From Acidimicrobium sp. UBA3029 (lineage in GTDB: Bacteria; Actinomycetota; Acidimicrobiia; Acidimicrobiales; Ilumatobacteraceae), in assembly GCA_002367695.1 (NCBI GenBank), contig DFDK01000114.1, positions 41,338-87,144 of the forward strand: 45,807 nucleotides of DNA, in the 5' to 3' direction. Shown piece by piece: positions 1-9,579 of the stretch (position 1 is the first letter of the stretch; each line of letters begins with the position of its first letter). A program made the position numbers and the translations under genes. Below the pieces are notes generated by a model, which searched no databases, was not told the DNA's origin, and was given only the letters and a program-made list of their open reading frames with translations.

Positions 1-1
1 C

Positions 2-1078
2 GGTCAGGCTCCTCGTTCGGCTGACCTTGCTGTTGGCACCATCGATTCTTGGATTATCTGGAATCTCACTGGTGCAAAATCCTTTGTCACCGACCCATCA
101 AATGCAAGTCGCACCATGTTGTTCGATATCAACCATATGCACTGGAGCGAACAATTGTGCGACACCTTTGATGTGCCGCTCGCTTCATTGCCAACCGTTG
201 TTCCGTCGAGTGGCAGGTGCGGCGTTACGCAGAGCTTCACAAATACAGACAACAAAGCCGACATCAATATTCCAGGCGGCATACCGATCTCGGGCATCGC
301 CGGCGATCAACAAGCCGCACTGTTCGGTCAAGCATGTTTTGATATTGGCAGCAGTAAGAACACGTATGGCACGGGCAGTTTCGTTCTCATGAATGTCGGC
401 ACTGCGTGTCCACCACCAACTGATGGCATGCTCACCACCGTGGCATGGGATCTTGGGTCTGGTAAACCAACTTATGCTCTCGAAGGTTCCATCTTCGTGA
501 CAGGAAGTGCAATCCAATGGCTTCGCGACGGACTCGACATCATCGACAATGCCGCACAAATTGGACCTCTTGCAGCTTCGGTTGCAGACAGTGGTGGAGT
601 TGTTGTTGTTCCAGCATTCACTGGTCTAGGTAGTCCGTGGTGGGACCCGCATGCACGAGGGATCATCTGCGGCATTACCCGCGGCACCACCCGAGCACAT
701 ATCGCTCGAGCAGTAGTCCAATCGATGGCGTTTCAAACCCGTGATGTAGTTGAGGCAATGGTTCGAGCTACCGGAGTTCCTCTTATCGACATGCGAGTCG
801 ATGGTGGTGCAGCCGTAATGGACATGATGTTGCAGATGCAAGCCGATCAACTGGGGGTCACCGTAGTGCGACCAAAAGATTTGGAGACAACAGCGCTCGG
901 TGCTGCTTACCTCGCAGGATTGGCTGAAGGTGTCTGGCCTACGCTGCAGTCAATTACCGAGTCGTGGAAACTCGACCGCACGTTTACGCCAGAACCAAAC
1001 CCAACCACGGCGACCGATTATTCACTGTGGAGTCGCGCTGTGCAACGCAGCCTCAATTGGGCAGCAAACTCTCACTAA
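2..1078 (+). CDS. glpK: glycerol kinase, 5' end cut by window edge
   Basis: Frame is open from base 2. Translation GTIDSWIIWNLTG..SNASRTMLFDI..GIAGDQQAALFGQ..FVTGSAIQWLRDGL..VPAFTGLGSPWWD matches FGGY-family glycerol kinase. Confidence 0.9.
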   Translation, partial: GQAPRSADLAVGTIDSWIIWNLTGAKSFVTDPSNASRTMLFDINHMHWSEQLCDTFDVPLASLPTVVPSSGRCGVTQSFTNTDNKADINIPGGIPISGIAGDQQAALFGQACFDIGSSKNTYGTGSFVLMNVGTACPPPTDGMLTTVAWDLGSGKPTYALEGSIFVTGSAIQWLRDGLDIIDNAAQIGPLAASVADSGGVVVVPAFTGLGSPWWDPHARGIICGITRGTTRAHIARAVVQSMAFQTRDVVEAMVRATGVPLIDMRVDGGAAVMDMMLQMQADQLGVTVVRPKDLETTALGAAYLAGLAEGVWPTLQSITESWKLDRTFTPEPNPTTATDYSLWSRAVQRSLNWAANSH

Positions 1079-2552
1079 TTCGTTGCGAGATTCGTTCGGC
1101 CATCATCACTACCGGAAGATGTGTGTTGCCGCTTGGCAGATCAGGAAAGATTGAAGCATCACAAACCCACACGTGGCTATAGCCGATCACTCTGCCAGCT
1201 GTATCCACCACTGCTTCTTCATTGGACAAAGCACCCATCTTGCTCGAGCATCCAATATGCGAATACGACCCAACGTTGTTGAGCAACCAACCCTGCATAT
1301 CGTCGGTTGTCAGTTCATTGCTCACCGAGTTTGTGATGCCAGCAAACGATCGACCCTCAACCATGGTTGCGAGCATCAAAGTTGCCTCCGTCATCGTGTC
1401 CATATCACGCTCGTCGCCAAGCAGATTGAGATCAATTTTCGCGCTATTGCGCCCCCCATCAGGCTGGTTGTCGTGCAAACCCGCAAGCGTGATGCTGCCA
1501 GTCGAGTACACGCGCATCACTGCCGCAAACATGGCTCCGTGCATTTTGTCGTGAGCAGTTGTGTGATTGAGCGGTAGTAGGTGGATATTGCCTTGTTCTG
1601 TTTGACTGTTGTCGTTGTGCTTACCAGTACGCGTTGATGTAGTTCGCAGTAACGTCGATATTGCGTATCGTGCTTCGCTTGGCTCTTTCAACGCAAGAGT
1701 AAACGCAACTGCCGGATGATCCTTTACGCCATGCCCAATTCCACTTCGTTGAATCTTGGTGCGCAACAAAATCTGTGGCGTCGAGATTGCCCCCGCGCAC
1801 ACCACCACAGCATTGGCATCAATGTCACTTCCATTTGCTAAGTGCACACCCACCACGTCATTGCCATTCATATTCAGTCGATCAACTGCCGAGCTACCTC
1901 GAATCTCTAAGTTGAATCTCGATCTCGCTGGCTCAAGATAGATGTCGTTGACCGAGGCGCGCCGACCGCCATTACATGTCAGCGCCACTGCACCAATTCC
2001 ATGACCAGCGAGTGAGGCAGTACTCAAATCGTCGCGCCTTTCAAATCCCAAATCTGTTGCGGCATCTACAAGCGCGCGGTCAACATTTCCCCACTCGCCA
2101 AGAAGCGTGGTGAAGAGCGGTATGGGTAAGTTTGCAAAAACAGGTGCAACATCTCGCCACGACCAGCCGTCGCATCCCAAGTCGCGCTCCCACCTGTCGT
2201 AATCGCTTGCCATCCCCCACATACCAACCATCGCATTGACCGACGAACTTCCGCCCGTACCCACACCACGCACATAATCACTAAGACCTTGACTTGCAGT
2301 TCGACGCACAGGTATGCGCAAGTTTCGATTCTCGACTTCTAGGGCCTCGACAAAATTAGTGCTCTGTATCCCATCCGCTTCGAGTGCAGCCGCAACATCT
2401 GGCCCAGATTCCAACAACAGCACATCAACATCTTGGTTTTGCGACAAACGCGCCGCGATAACCGCCCCGGCAGATCCAGCACCAACGACCACAACTCTTG
2501 GACGTTTGGTTTGATGTTCGTTTCGGCGAAGTATTGCCATGGATATATTCAT
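1053..2552 (-). CDS. GMC-family FAD-dependent oxidoreductase (choline dehydrogenase-like)
   Basis: N-terminal VVVVGAGSAGAVIAARL..LLLESG dinucleotide fold, GGSSSVNAMV GMC signature, and C-terminal HIGCSSKMG..VWVCDASIFP..GNTHLP block. The 3' end overlaps the glpK 3' end by 26 nt (convergent). Confidence 0.8.
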   Translation of the reverse strand: MNISMAILRRNEHQTKRPRVVVVGAGSAGAVIAARLSQNQDVDVLLLESGPDVAAALEADGIQSTNFVEALEVENRNLRIPVRRTASQGLSDYVRGVGTGGSSSVNAMVGMWGMASDYDRWERDLGCDGWSWRDVAPVFANLPIPLFTTLLGEWGNVDRALVDAATDLGFERRDDLSTASLAGHGIGAVALTCNGGRRASVNDIYLEPARSRFNLEIRGSSAVDRLNMNGNDVVGVHLANGSDIDANAVVVCAGAISTPQILLRTKIQRSGIGHGVKDHPAVAFTLALKEPSEARYAISTLLRTTSTRTGKHNDNSQTEQGNIHLLPLNHTTAHDKMHGAMFAAVMRVYSTGSITLAGLHDNQPDGGRNSAKIDLNLLGDERDMDTMTEATLMLATMVEGRSFAGITNSVSNELTTDDMQGWLLNNVGSYSHIGCSSKMGALSNEEAVVDTAGRVIGYSHVWVCDASIFPDLPSGNTHLPVVMMAERISQRISESLLPN

Positions 2553-2585
2553 AGTCGCTGGATTGAGAGCAACTTGCGTTCACGT

Positions 2586-3239
2586 TTAATCAATATTTGT
2601 TGCGACTGGCAAACCTTGTAGATGCGCATGATCGTTGTAGCGCATCAAGGCCCAGTGACCGGCTCGAATCTCCACAAACTCGGTCAGCGAGCAATTTTTG
2701 GTATGCATCTCAAATCCACCCGTTTGCGGTGTCTTGAGGTGTCGTCGGATTACAGCGTCCACCACTCCACCGTGGCACGCCACAACAATTGTCTTCTCAA
2801 AGTGCTCTTTCACCACTTTGTCGAATGCGGTTGCCACTCGTGAATGAAATTGCGCGATTGTCTCTCCGCCGGGGAAAAATACTGCGTTGGGATCTCCACC
2901 CCAATTTGGTTTCCCGTACTTGGCCATAAAATCCACATACGTCATTCCGTCGCATTGCGGACCAGGATCATGCTCGCCAAATCCAGGCTCGACATTGATC
3001 TCGAGTCCAGCGAATGCTGGCGCAATGATCTGAGCCGTTTCCAGTGCCCGCGGGTAAGCACTCGAATACAATACGTCTGGGATAATTTCCTGAGTCAACG
3101 CGAGACGTTCGCGCAGGGCATCTGCCTGGATCTCGCCGAGTGGCGATAACCCAGTGCACGAACGCGGACCGCCCAGCACTCGGTTAACAGTGACAACCGA
3201 TTCGCCATGGCGAACCAAAATGATTCTGGTTAATTTCAC
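2586..3239 (-). CDS. histidine phosphatase family protein (phosphoglycerate mutase-like)
   Basis: ILVRHGES (RHG motif) near the N-terminus and a later VACHGG histidine motif. Its GTG start overlaps the upstream VWA stop as GTGA. Confidence 0.8.
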   Translation of the reverse strand: MKLTRIILVRHGESVVTVNRVLGGPRSCTGLSPLGEIQADALRERLALTQEIIPDVLYSSAYPRALETAQIIAPAFAGLEINVEPGFGEHDPGPQCDGMTYVDFMAKYGKPNWGGDPNAVFFPGGETIAQFHSRVATAFDKVVKEHFEKTIVVACHGGVVDAVIRRHLKTPQTGGFEMHTKNCSLTEFVEIRAGHWALMRYNDHAHLQGLPVATNID

Positions 3240-4681
3240 GCGAGTTTTTCTACGAATGCTTCAAGTTGCCGCAAGTTGCGACACTCGTAAACGCCGTCCG
3301 TAAAACTTCCGTATTCGCCCACTATCGAATCCCCCGTGTTCCAGTAGCTTCGTGGTTCTGGGTTGAGCCAATACACATGGCGCCCACGCTTTTGCATTTC
3401 CTTGATCACCCACGAAGACGCGGCGTGGTAGTTGTTACGGGCATCACCCAATAGCAAAATTGTTGTCTTCGGATTGATGTCTTTTCCATAGCGTTCCCAA
3501 AAAACTTCAAACGCATGGCCATAGTCGCTGTGTCCGTCAACCCACACAACGTCAGCTTCGGTATTGACACGATGAATGGCATCACTGATGTCAACATTTG
3601 ATTTGAAGTAGTCAGTCACTTCATCGATGCCGTCAATAAACACAAATGATCGCACTTTTGAAAACTGCCCCTGAATCGCATAGACCAGCATCAAGGTAAA
3701 TCGAGCGAAGGCTGCAACGCTGCCAGAGATATCAGCAACAACCATCAGTTCGGGCTTGGATGGGCGCGGATACTTAAACCTTGGATCAGCGGGCACTCCC
3801 CCATAACTCAGTGAACTCCGGACTGTTGCACGAAAATCGAGTGGGCCCCGTCGACCATGTCGGCGTTTGCGTGCCAGTTTTGCGGCCAACTTGCGAGTAA
3901 GCGGCTGCAGCGCCTTCTTCAAACTCTGCATTTCTTCTTTGTTGGCATGCATAAATTCGACATCTTCTGGCAATGGCTTACGCAGAGTCTTAGCCATCGC
4001 CTCGGCTCCGCGGTCCGCCACAAGTCGTCTGCGAATCTCTGCTTCAACCTCTTGTTTAAATTGCTCGATTCTGCTTTCAAATTCATCTTTTTCGAGACGC
4101 TCCTCAAGTTTTGTGAGTTCCTCAGCTGCCTGCTCGCGGTTTGCTTCCATCAATTTGTCGAGCATGTTGTCGAGATCAAGGTTTCGCAGCGTTCGATACA
4201 AGTAATACGTTCCGCCTACAGGACGACCAGGTTCCATTCCTGCAAAACGCTGTACCGACTGACGAGCAAGTGCTCGCATCATTGCTTGATCGCCATTCAT
4301 CAATGCCTGCATCAACATCTGTGCGATTTCTTCAGGAGTCAGCGAATCCATGCCGCCACCGCTTCCAGCAGCACCTTCGCCTTGTTGTTGCATTTCTTGT
4401 TCTTCGCGCCACAACTCTGCATCACTGTCCGTCATGTCAGAAGGAATTTGATGCTCTGGTCCGCGCAGCGAGAAGTACACCTCAAAGATGGTTTCAAATG
4501 CGCGCCAGTGCGAATTGCTCTTTACAAGAGTTGCGGCCAATGCATATTTAAACGCCTGGCGATCCTCAATCGGGATCTCTTTGACGGCTTCCATCGCATC
4601 TAGGTTTTCCGTCAAGCTGACGGGCAAACCAGCTTTTCGTAATTCAGCGATGAAACCCGACATTAAATCGAGCACGGTCAT
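3236..4681 (-). CDS. VWA domain protein, CoxE-like
   Basis: C-terminal VWA with MIDAS-type VVADISGSV, preceded by a basic RKRRHGRRGPLDFRATVRSS linker and a long charged helical region. This layout is typical of CoxE-type VWA proteins paired with MoxR ATPases. Confidence 0.8.
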   Translation of the reverse strand: MTVLDLMSGFIAELRKAGLPVSLTENLDAMEAVKEIPIEDRQAFKYALAATLVKSNSHWRAFETIFEVYFSLRGPEHQIPSDMTDSDAELWREEQEMQQQGEGAAGSGGGMDSLTPEEIAQMLMQALMNGDQAMMRALARQSVQRFAGMEPGRPVGGTYYLYRTLRNLDLDNMLDKLMEANREQAAEELTKLEERLEKDEFESRIEQFKQEVEAEIRRRLVADRGAEAMAKTLRKPLPEDVEFMHANKEEMQSLKKALQPLTRKLAAKLARKRRHGRRGPLDFRATVRSSLSYGGVPADPRFKYPRPSKPELMVVADISGSVAAFARFTLMLVYAIQGQFSKVRSFVFIDGIDEVTDYFKSNVDISDAIHRVNTEADVVWVDGHSDYGHAFEVFWERYGKDINPKTTILLLGDARNNYHAASSWVIKEMQKRGRHVYWLNPEPRSYWNTGDSIVGEYGSFTDGVYECRNLRQLEAFVEKLA

Positions 4682-4692
4682 GTTGTTTTGCC

Positions 4693-5559
4693 TTACTTGT
4701 CGACCGACAGTTCCTTGGCTGCCTTCGTGATGTCGGTCTGGTATTTGAGCAAGATGTGCAAGGTGTCTTTCGCTTCTTGAGCGTCGATATTTTCGATACC
4801 CATCAGCATCAATGTGCGCGCCCAGTCCAAGGTCTCGCTTACTGATGGAGCCTTCTTCAGATCAAGTTGACGAATACTACGAACGATGCGAGCAATCTGG
4901 TCGGCCAAGTTCTGCGTGATATCCGGAACCTTTGTGAGCACAATTTCCTTTTCGCGCTCCATGTCTGGATAGTCGATGTGCAAGAACAAACAACGTCGCT
5001 TCAGTGCTTCCGACAATTCACGAGTGTTGTTTGAAGTCAAAAACACCATCGGAATTTGTTTCGCGGTAATGGTGCCTAACTCTGGAATCGAGACTTGGTA
5101 CTCGGAAAGAATTTCAAGCAGCAATGCCTCTGTCTCAATTTCGACACGATCCACTTCGTCGATCAACAGCACTACAGGGTCTGGACTACTAATTGCCTCG
5201 AGCAATGGACGAGTCAACAAAAACTCTTCACTAAAGATGTCATCTTGCACCTGCGACCACGAGTCACTGTTTTTATCAGCTTGAATGCGGAGCAGTTGTT
5301 TTTTGTAGTTCCACTCATAGAGTGCCTTCGACTCGTCTAAGCCTTCGTAGCACTGCAAGCGAATGAGTCGCGCGTTCAACATCTCTGCAACGCTCTTTGC
5401 CAGCTGGGTTTTTCCCGTTCCTGCTGGCCCTTCAACCAAAATTGGCTTGCCCAATCGCTGCGCAAGAAAGACCACGCCAGCAATGCCATCATCGGACAAA
5501 TAGTGGACCTTTTTTAGTCCATCGCGGACATGTTCAACTGACTCAAATCGATTTTCCAT
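4693..5559 (-). CDS. MoxR-family AAA+ ATPase (CoxD-like)
   Basis: Walker A GPAGTGKT, Walker B LLIDEVD, MoxR-like length (288 aa). It sits 11 nt upstream of the VWA partner. Confidence 0.85.
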   Translation of the reverse strand: MENRFESVEHVRDGLKKVHYLSDDGIAGVVFLAQRLGKPILVEGPAGTGKTQLAKSVAEMLNARLIRLQCYEGLDESKALYEWNYKKQLLRIQADKNSDSWSQVQDDIFSEEFLLTRPLLEAISSPDPVVLLIDEVDRVEIETEALLLEILSEYQVSIPELGTITAKQIPMVFLTSNNTRELSEALKRRCLFLHIDYPDMEREKEIVLTKVPDITQNLADQIARIVRSIRQLDLKKAPSVSETLDWARTLMLMGIENIDAQEAKDTLHILLKYQTDITKAAKELSVDK

Positions 5560-5621
5560 TTGAGCAACCCTAGCGTTTGGTCGCTACCGCATTCCTGCCA
5601 GACGATCTACGATGAATACAC

Positions 5622-7220
5622 ATGCCTGGCCTTGGTCGATCCAATCTCGTTGTTGCCACTGGCACAGCCATCTCTCGCATCACCGGTCTCGCCCGAATCA
5701 TCGTTTTCGGGATGATCATCGGCCAGACAGCTCTCGCCGACGCATTTGACGCTGCCAACAATGCACCAAACTCCATTTACGAGTTACTGATCGGTGGGTT
5801 ACTTGCAGCCAGCCTTGTGCCGCTATTCACTTCTCTACTCAATGACACTGCACAAACTCATGAGTCGCAGCACGGAACCGATGCCATCATCAGCATCTCG
5901 CTCATCTTGCTTGCCGTAATCACCATCGTCTCAATCGTCGCATCCCCTGCAATCTTCCATCTGTTTTCAATTCACCCAGCACCAGGAGTTGATACTGAAG
6001 TATTTCGCAGTGCCGGCACAGCACTCACACGAATCTTCGTTGTGCAAATATTTTTCTATGGTGTAAGTGCACTGTGCTCTGCGTTACTCAATGCTCGCCG
6101 ACGTTTTTTTGCAGCCGCGTGGTCACCAGCAGCGGCCAATGTCATCGCCATCTTGTTCCTTTTGTCAATTACTTCAAATTCGCAGCCGAATATCACCGAT
6201 GTTCTTGGTGGATCAACGCTGATGTGGCAACTTGGTCTCAGTACAACAGTCGGAATCGCAGTCATGGCTCTTATTCAAGTTATTGCTGTGCACCGCAGCG
6301 GCATTACTTTTCAATTCCGTCCACAGTTTTCTCACCCTGCTGTACGCAAATTGATTCAACTTTCTTTTTGGACTTTTGGCTACGTTGTTGCCAACCAAGT
6401 CGCGTTGGTAGTAATCAAAAATCTTGCGTCCCCCGGTAGCGGTCTTGTTGATGCCTACTCAAAAGCATTCATTTTGTTTCAGCTCCCACATGGGATTCTC
6501 GCCGTTTCCATTGCAACTACATTTCTCCCCGATCTTGCACGACTTGCCGCCACCAACGACCACGCGGCATTTGCAGACCGCATGAGCCGCGGCATCACAC
6601 TCACCGCACTTTTCACTATCCCAGCTTCATTTGGTTTGTTCGTTCTCTCCAAACCCATCATCAGTCTTGTTTTGCAGCACGGAAACTTTTCCTCTCAAGC
6701 CACTGTTAATACTGCGAGAGCACTGAGCGGACTCGCGCTAGGTCTTACTGGATTTTCTGTGTACCTGTTTGTCTTGCGCGGTTTCTATGCCAAGCAGAAC
6801 ACTCGCACTCCGTTTTTAATCAACCTCATCGAGAACCTAATCAATATTGTTCTCGCCATAGTTCTTGTCGATCGCTTTGACGTACTGGGCCTTGGTATTG
6901 CTTTCTCCATCGCCTACGTCATCAGCGCGGTCGTCGCCACGGTTGTTCTCGCGTCCAAAAACCAATCCATTGATCTCCGTAGCCTTGCCATCGATCTCAT
7001 TCGCATCACTGTTGCAGGTGTTGTCATGGCTATAGCCGTCAGAGTTGGCACTAACGCAGTTAGCTCTGCAGTTGGGCCAGTCGTTGGATTAGCTGCGCTG
7101 ACCCGCGTGCTCGTCGGCATCACCATTGGTGGTGCCACCTATATCGCTGCGCTCGCGATACTCGGCGAGCCTCACTTGCGCGACTATTGGTCGACGAGAA
7201 CTACCAAGTCGTCGCGATGA
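5622..7220 (+). CDS. murJ: lipid II flippase MurJ/MviN
   Basis: 532-aa polytopic membrane protein. N-terminus SNLVVATGTAISRITGLARIIVFGMIIG plus NAPNSIYELLIGG are typical of MurJ. The 3' end overlaps the proB 3' end by 37 nt. Confidence 0.85.
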   Translation: MPGLGRSNLVVATGTAISRITGLARIIVFGMIIGQTALADAFDAANNAPNSIYELLIGGLLAASLVPLFTSLLNDTAQTHESQHGTDAIISISLILLAVITIVSIVASPAIFHLFSIHPAPGVDTEVFRSAGTALTRIFVVQIFFYGVSALCSALLNARRRFFAAAWSPAAANVIAILFLLSITSNSQPNITDVLGGSTLMWQLGLSTTVGIAVMALIQVIAVHRSGITFQFRPQFSHPAVRKLIQLSFWTFGYVVANQVALVVIKNLASPGSGLVDAYSKAFILFQLPHGILAVSIATTFLPDLARLAATNDHAAFADRMSRGITLTALFTIPASFGLFVLSKPIISLVLQHGNFSSQATVNTARALSGLALGLTGFSVYLFVLRGFYAKQNTRTPFLINLIENLINIVLAIVLVDRFDVLGLGIAFSIAYVISAVVATVVLASKNQSIDLRSLAIDLIRITVAGVVMAIAVRVGTNAVSSAVGPVVGLAALTRVLVGITIGGATYIAALAILGEPHLRDYWSTRTTKSSR

Positions 7221-8278
7221 ACAAGCTCGGCCACAATACCGTCAGGTAATTCGGCACTCTTGCGACCCGCTGCGGCGCTTGCGTGGATCGCGCTCACACT
7301 GACCATGCCACGTGCAAACACAGCTCCACTCATGTCCTGGATTTCGACAGTGTCACCTTCTGAAAAGTCTCCGTGCACTTCGGCAACACCGGCATGCAAC
7401 AATGACGTATTGCGCTCAATCAGTGCTTGTTTTGCGCCAGCGTCCACAACGATCACGCCACTCTGTTGAGCAGCAAATGCAATCCACAACTTGCGAGCCG
7501 AAAGGTTTCGATTATGCGGTAAAAATTGTGTTCCTGCACCTGGTGTTTGGGCAAGCGCGTGTACAACCACATCGGTCTTTGTTGCATCAGCGATCACTGT
7601 TCGCACACCCGACCACGACGCAATGCGAGCGGCCGACAATTTGGACGACATGCCCCCACTTCCACGCGCGGAGCTACTTGCACTGGCTCGTACCGATAAC
7701 AATGGGTCATCTGCAGCAACCTGTTCGATGAATGTTGCAGATGCGTCAATACTTGGATCTGCAGTAAACAAACCGGCAATGTCGGTCAGCAACACCAACA
7801 CATCGGCACTCACGCTGTGTGCCACCAATGCAGCGATGCGATCATTATCACCAAAACGAATCTCGTCACTTGCGATCGCATCATTTTCATTAATTATTGG
7901 CACACAACCCAACTCCAGCAAACGTGCAAGTGTCTGCCGTGCATGAAGGTACTGTGTGCGATCAATGAAATCGTTTGGCACCAATAACACCTGTGCGCCA
8001 ACCAGACCATGGGTCGCAAGATGCTCGTTGTATTTATTCATTAACTGACTTTGTCCAACTGCGGCAAGAGCCTGAAGAGTCAGTGTGTCGGTTGGGCGTT
8101 GAGCTAAACCAAGTGCACCGACCCCGCCCGCAATTGCGCCAGAGGTAACGACGATTACTTCGTTTCCTTCACTACGCACGCGTGCCACCTGCTCGCACAA
8201 TGCACGAATCGCTTCGTTTTTGATCGATCCATGCTCATCGGTTACCGATGATGTTCCAATTTTGACAACGATTCGCAT
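7184..8278 (-). CDS. proB: glutamate 5-kinase
   Basis: VVKIGTSSVTDE N-terminus, an amino-acid kinase fold and a C-terminal PUA-like region (GVIVVDAGAKQAL..GDTVEI). It follows obg in the conserved obg-proB arrangement. Confidence 0.9.
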   Translation of the reverse strand: MRIVVKIGTSSVTDEHGSIKNEAIRALCEQVARVRSEGNEVIVVTSGAIAGGVGALGLAQRPTDTLTLQALAAVGQSQLMNKYNEHLATHGLVGAQVLLVPNDFIDRTQYLHARQTLARLLELGCVPIINENDAIASDEIRFGDNDRIAALVAHSVSADVLVLLTDIAGLFTADPSIDASATFIEQVAADDPLLSVRASASSSARGSGGMSSKLSAARIASWSGVRTVIADATKTDVVVHALAQTPGAGTQFLPHNRNLSARKLWIAFAAQQSGVIVVDAGAKQALIERNTSLLHAGVAEVHGDFSEGDTVEIQDMSGAVFARGMVSVSAIHASAAAGRKSAELPDGIVAELVHRDDLVVLVDQ

Positions 8279-8280
8279 CT

Positions 8281-9531
8281 CTACGTCTCCGGTGTGTACT
8301 CGAAACTAAACGCCCCAATATGCACAACTGCTCCATCGCTTGCGCCTGCGCGCGACAACAAACGAGCAACACCAAGTCGCTTCAGTCGCTCATCGATGTA
8401 ATTAAGGGCGTCAGGCGTTGTCACGTCACTCAGGGCAACTGAACGCTCAACATCGCGACCGATCAATCTAAATTCGTTGTCGCCCATTCTTTCAATATGT
8501 GTGCCTTCTGGCTCTGGGCGAATCACTACCGACGACTCTTGCGATGGCACAAGCGTGCGCGCGCGTTGCACGAGTTCTGCAAGTGCTCCCAAAATTGGTC
8601 GTACCCCATCACCAGTCACGGCCGACATCCGTTGACCCTTCCATGCAAGCATCACTTCTTCGGTTGCGGAATCTGTTTTGGTACCAACAACTAGGCGTGG
8701 TCGCTCAAGCAACTCAGGCTGATAGGCCTGTAACTCTTGCAACAAGATTCTTTCTTGCTCATCAGCAGATACTTCGTCCATCGGCGCAAGATCTACAAGT
8801 ACGCACAACACTCGAGCACGTTCAATATGGCGCAAAAATTGATGCCCAAGTCCACGTCCCTCGCTAGCACCTTCAATAATTCCTGGAATATCGGCGATGA
8901 TGAATTCGCTCGAACCGCCCATGCGCACAACTCCAAGGTGAGGCTCAAGCGTGGTAAATGGATAGTTGGCAATTTTTGGTTTCGCTGCACTGACAGAACT
9001 AATGAATGTTGATTTGCCAGCGTTTGGGAAACCAACAAGTGCTACGTCGGCCATCAGTTTGAGTTCAAGTTTTAGCCAGCGATCTTTACCGTGCTCGCCT
9101 TGCTCAGCAAATTTTGGTGCACGCCTGCGGTTAGACAAAAAGCGCGCATTGCCGCGTCCGCCCTGACCGCCTTTGGCAGATTGCCAGCGAGTGCCGTTGA
9201 CTGCCAAGTCGGCCAGAATCTCGCCCGTATACATATCGCGCACAACTGTGCCTTCAGGAACCTTGATGACCATCTCTTCACCACGGCGACCGTGCAGGTC
9301 CTTACCCATTCCGTGAACGCCATCGCCCGCCCTTCTGTGGGGGTGATCGCGAAAAGCCAATAACGAAGCAACGTTGTGGTCGGCTACCAGCCATACCGAA
9401 CCGCCGTCACCGCCATCACCGCCGTTTGGGCCTCCAAAAGCAACAGGGCCTTCTCGCCTGAAACTGACGCAGCCAGCACCGCCATCGCCACCGCGGACGT
9501 TTAATTGGGCTTCATCGACAAAGGCACTCAT
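8281..9531 (-). CDS. obg: GTPase Obg/CgtA
   Basis: MSAFVDEAQLNVRGGDGGAGCVSFRRE Obg fold, G domain GFPNAGKSTF, C-terminal OCT/TGS-like tail. I placed the start at the internal ATG at 9529-9531. The 30-codon upstream extension in the ORF track has no Obg-like sequence. Confidence 0.9.
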   Translation of the reverse strand: MSAFVDEAQLNVRGGDGGAGCVSFRREGPVAFGGPNGGDGGDGGSVWLVADHNVASLLAFRDHPHRRAGDGVHGMGKDLHGRRGEEMVIKVPEGTVVRDMYTGEILADLAVNGTRWQSAKGGQGGRGNARFLSNRRRAPKFAEQGEHGKDRWLKLELKLMADVALVGFPNAGKSTFISSVSAAKPKIANYPFTTLEPHLGVVRMGGSSEFIIADIPGIIEGASEGRGLGHQFLRHIERARVLCVLVDLAPMDEVSADEQERILLQELQAYQPELLERPRLVVGTKTDSATEEVMLAWKGQRMSAVTGDGVRPILGALAELVQRARTLVPSQESSVVIRPEPEGTHIERMGDNEFRLIGRDVERSVALSDVTTPDALNYIDERLKRLGVARLLSRAGASDGAVVHIGAFSFEYTPET

Positions 9532-9579
9532 AGGGGCTTTCAATCCTACTAGTACACCCTCCACGTATCGTGTAGTTAT

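Noticed and set aside
3857-4603. 248-aa plus-strand ORF (and nested 112- and 136-aa ORFs) antisense to the VWA gene
   Set aside because: The sequence is rich in Cys, Phe, Leu and Ser and looks like nonsense. The minus strand carries a coherent CoxE-like protein with a MIDAS motif.
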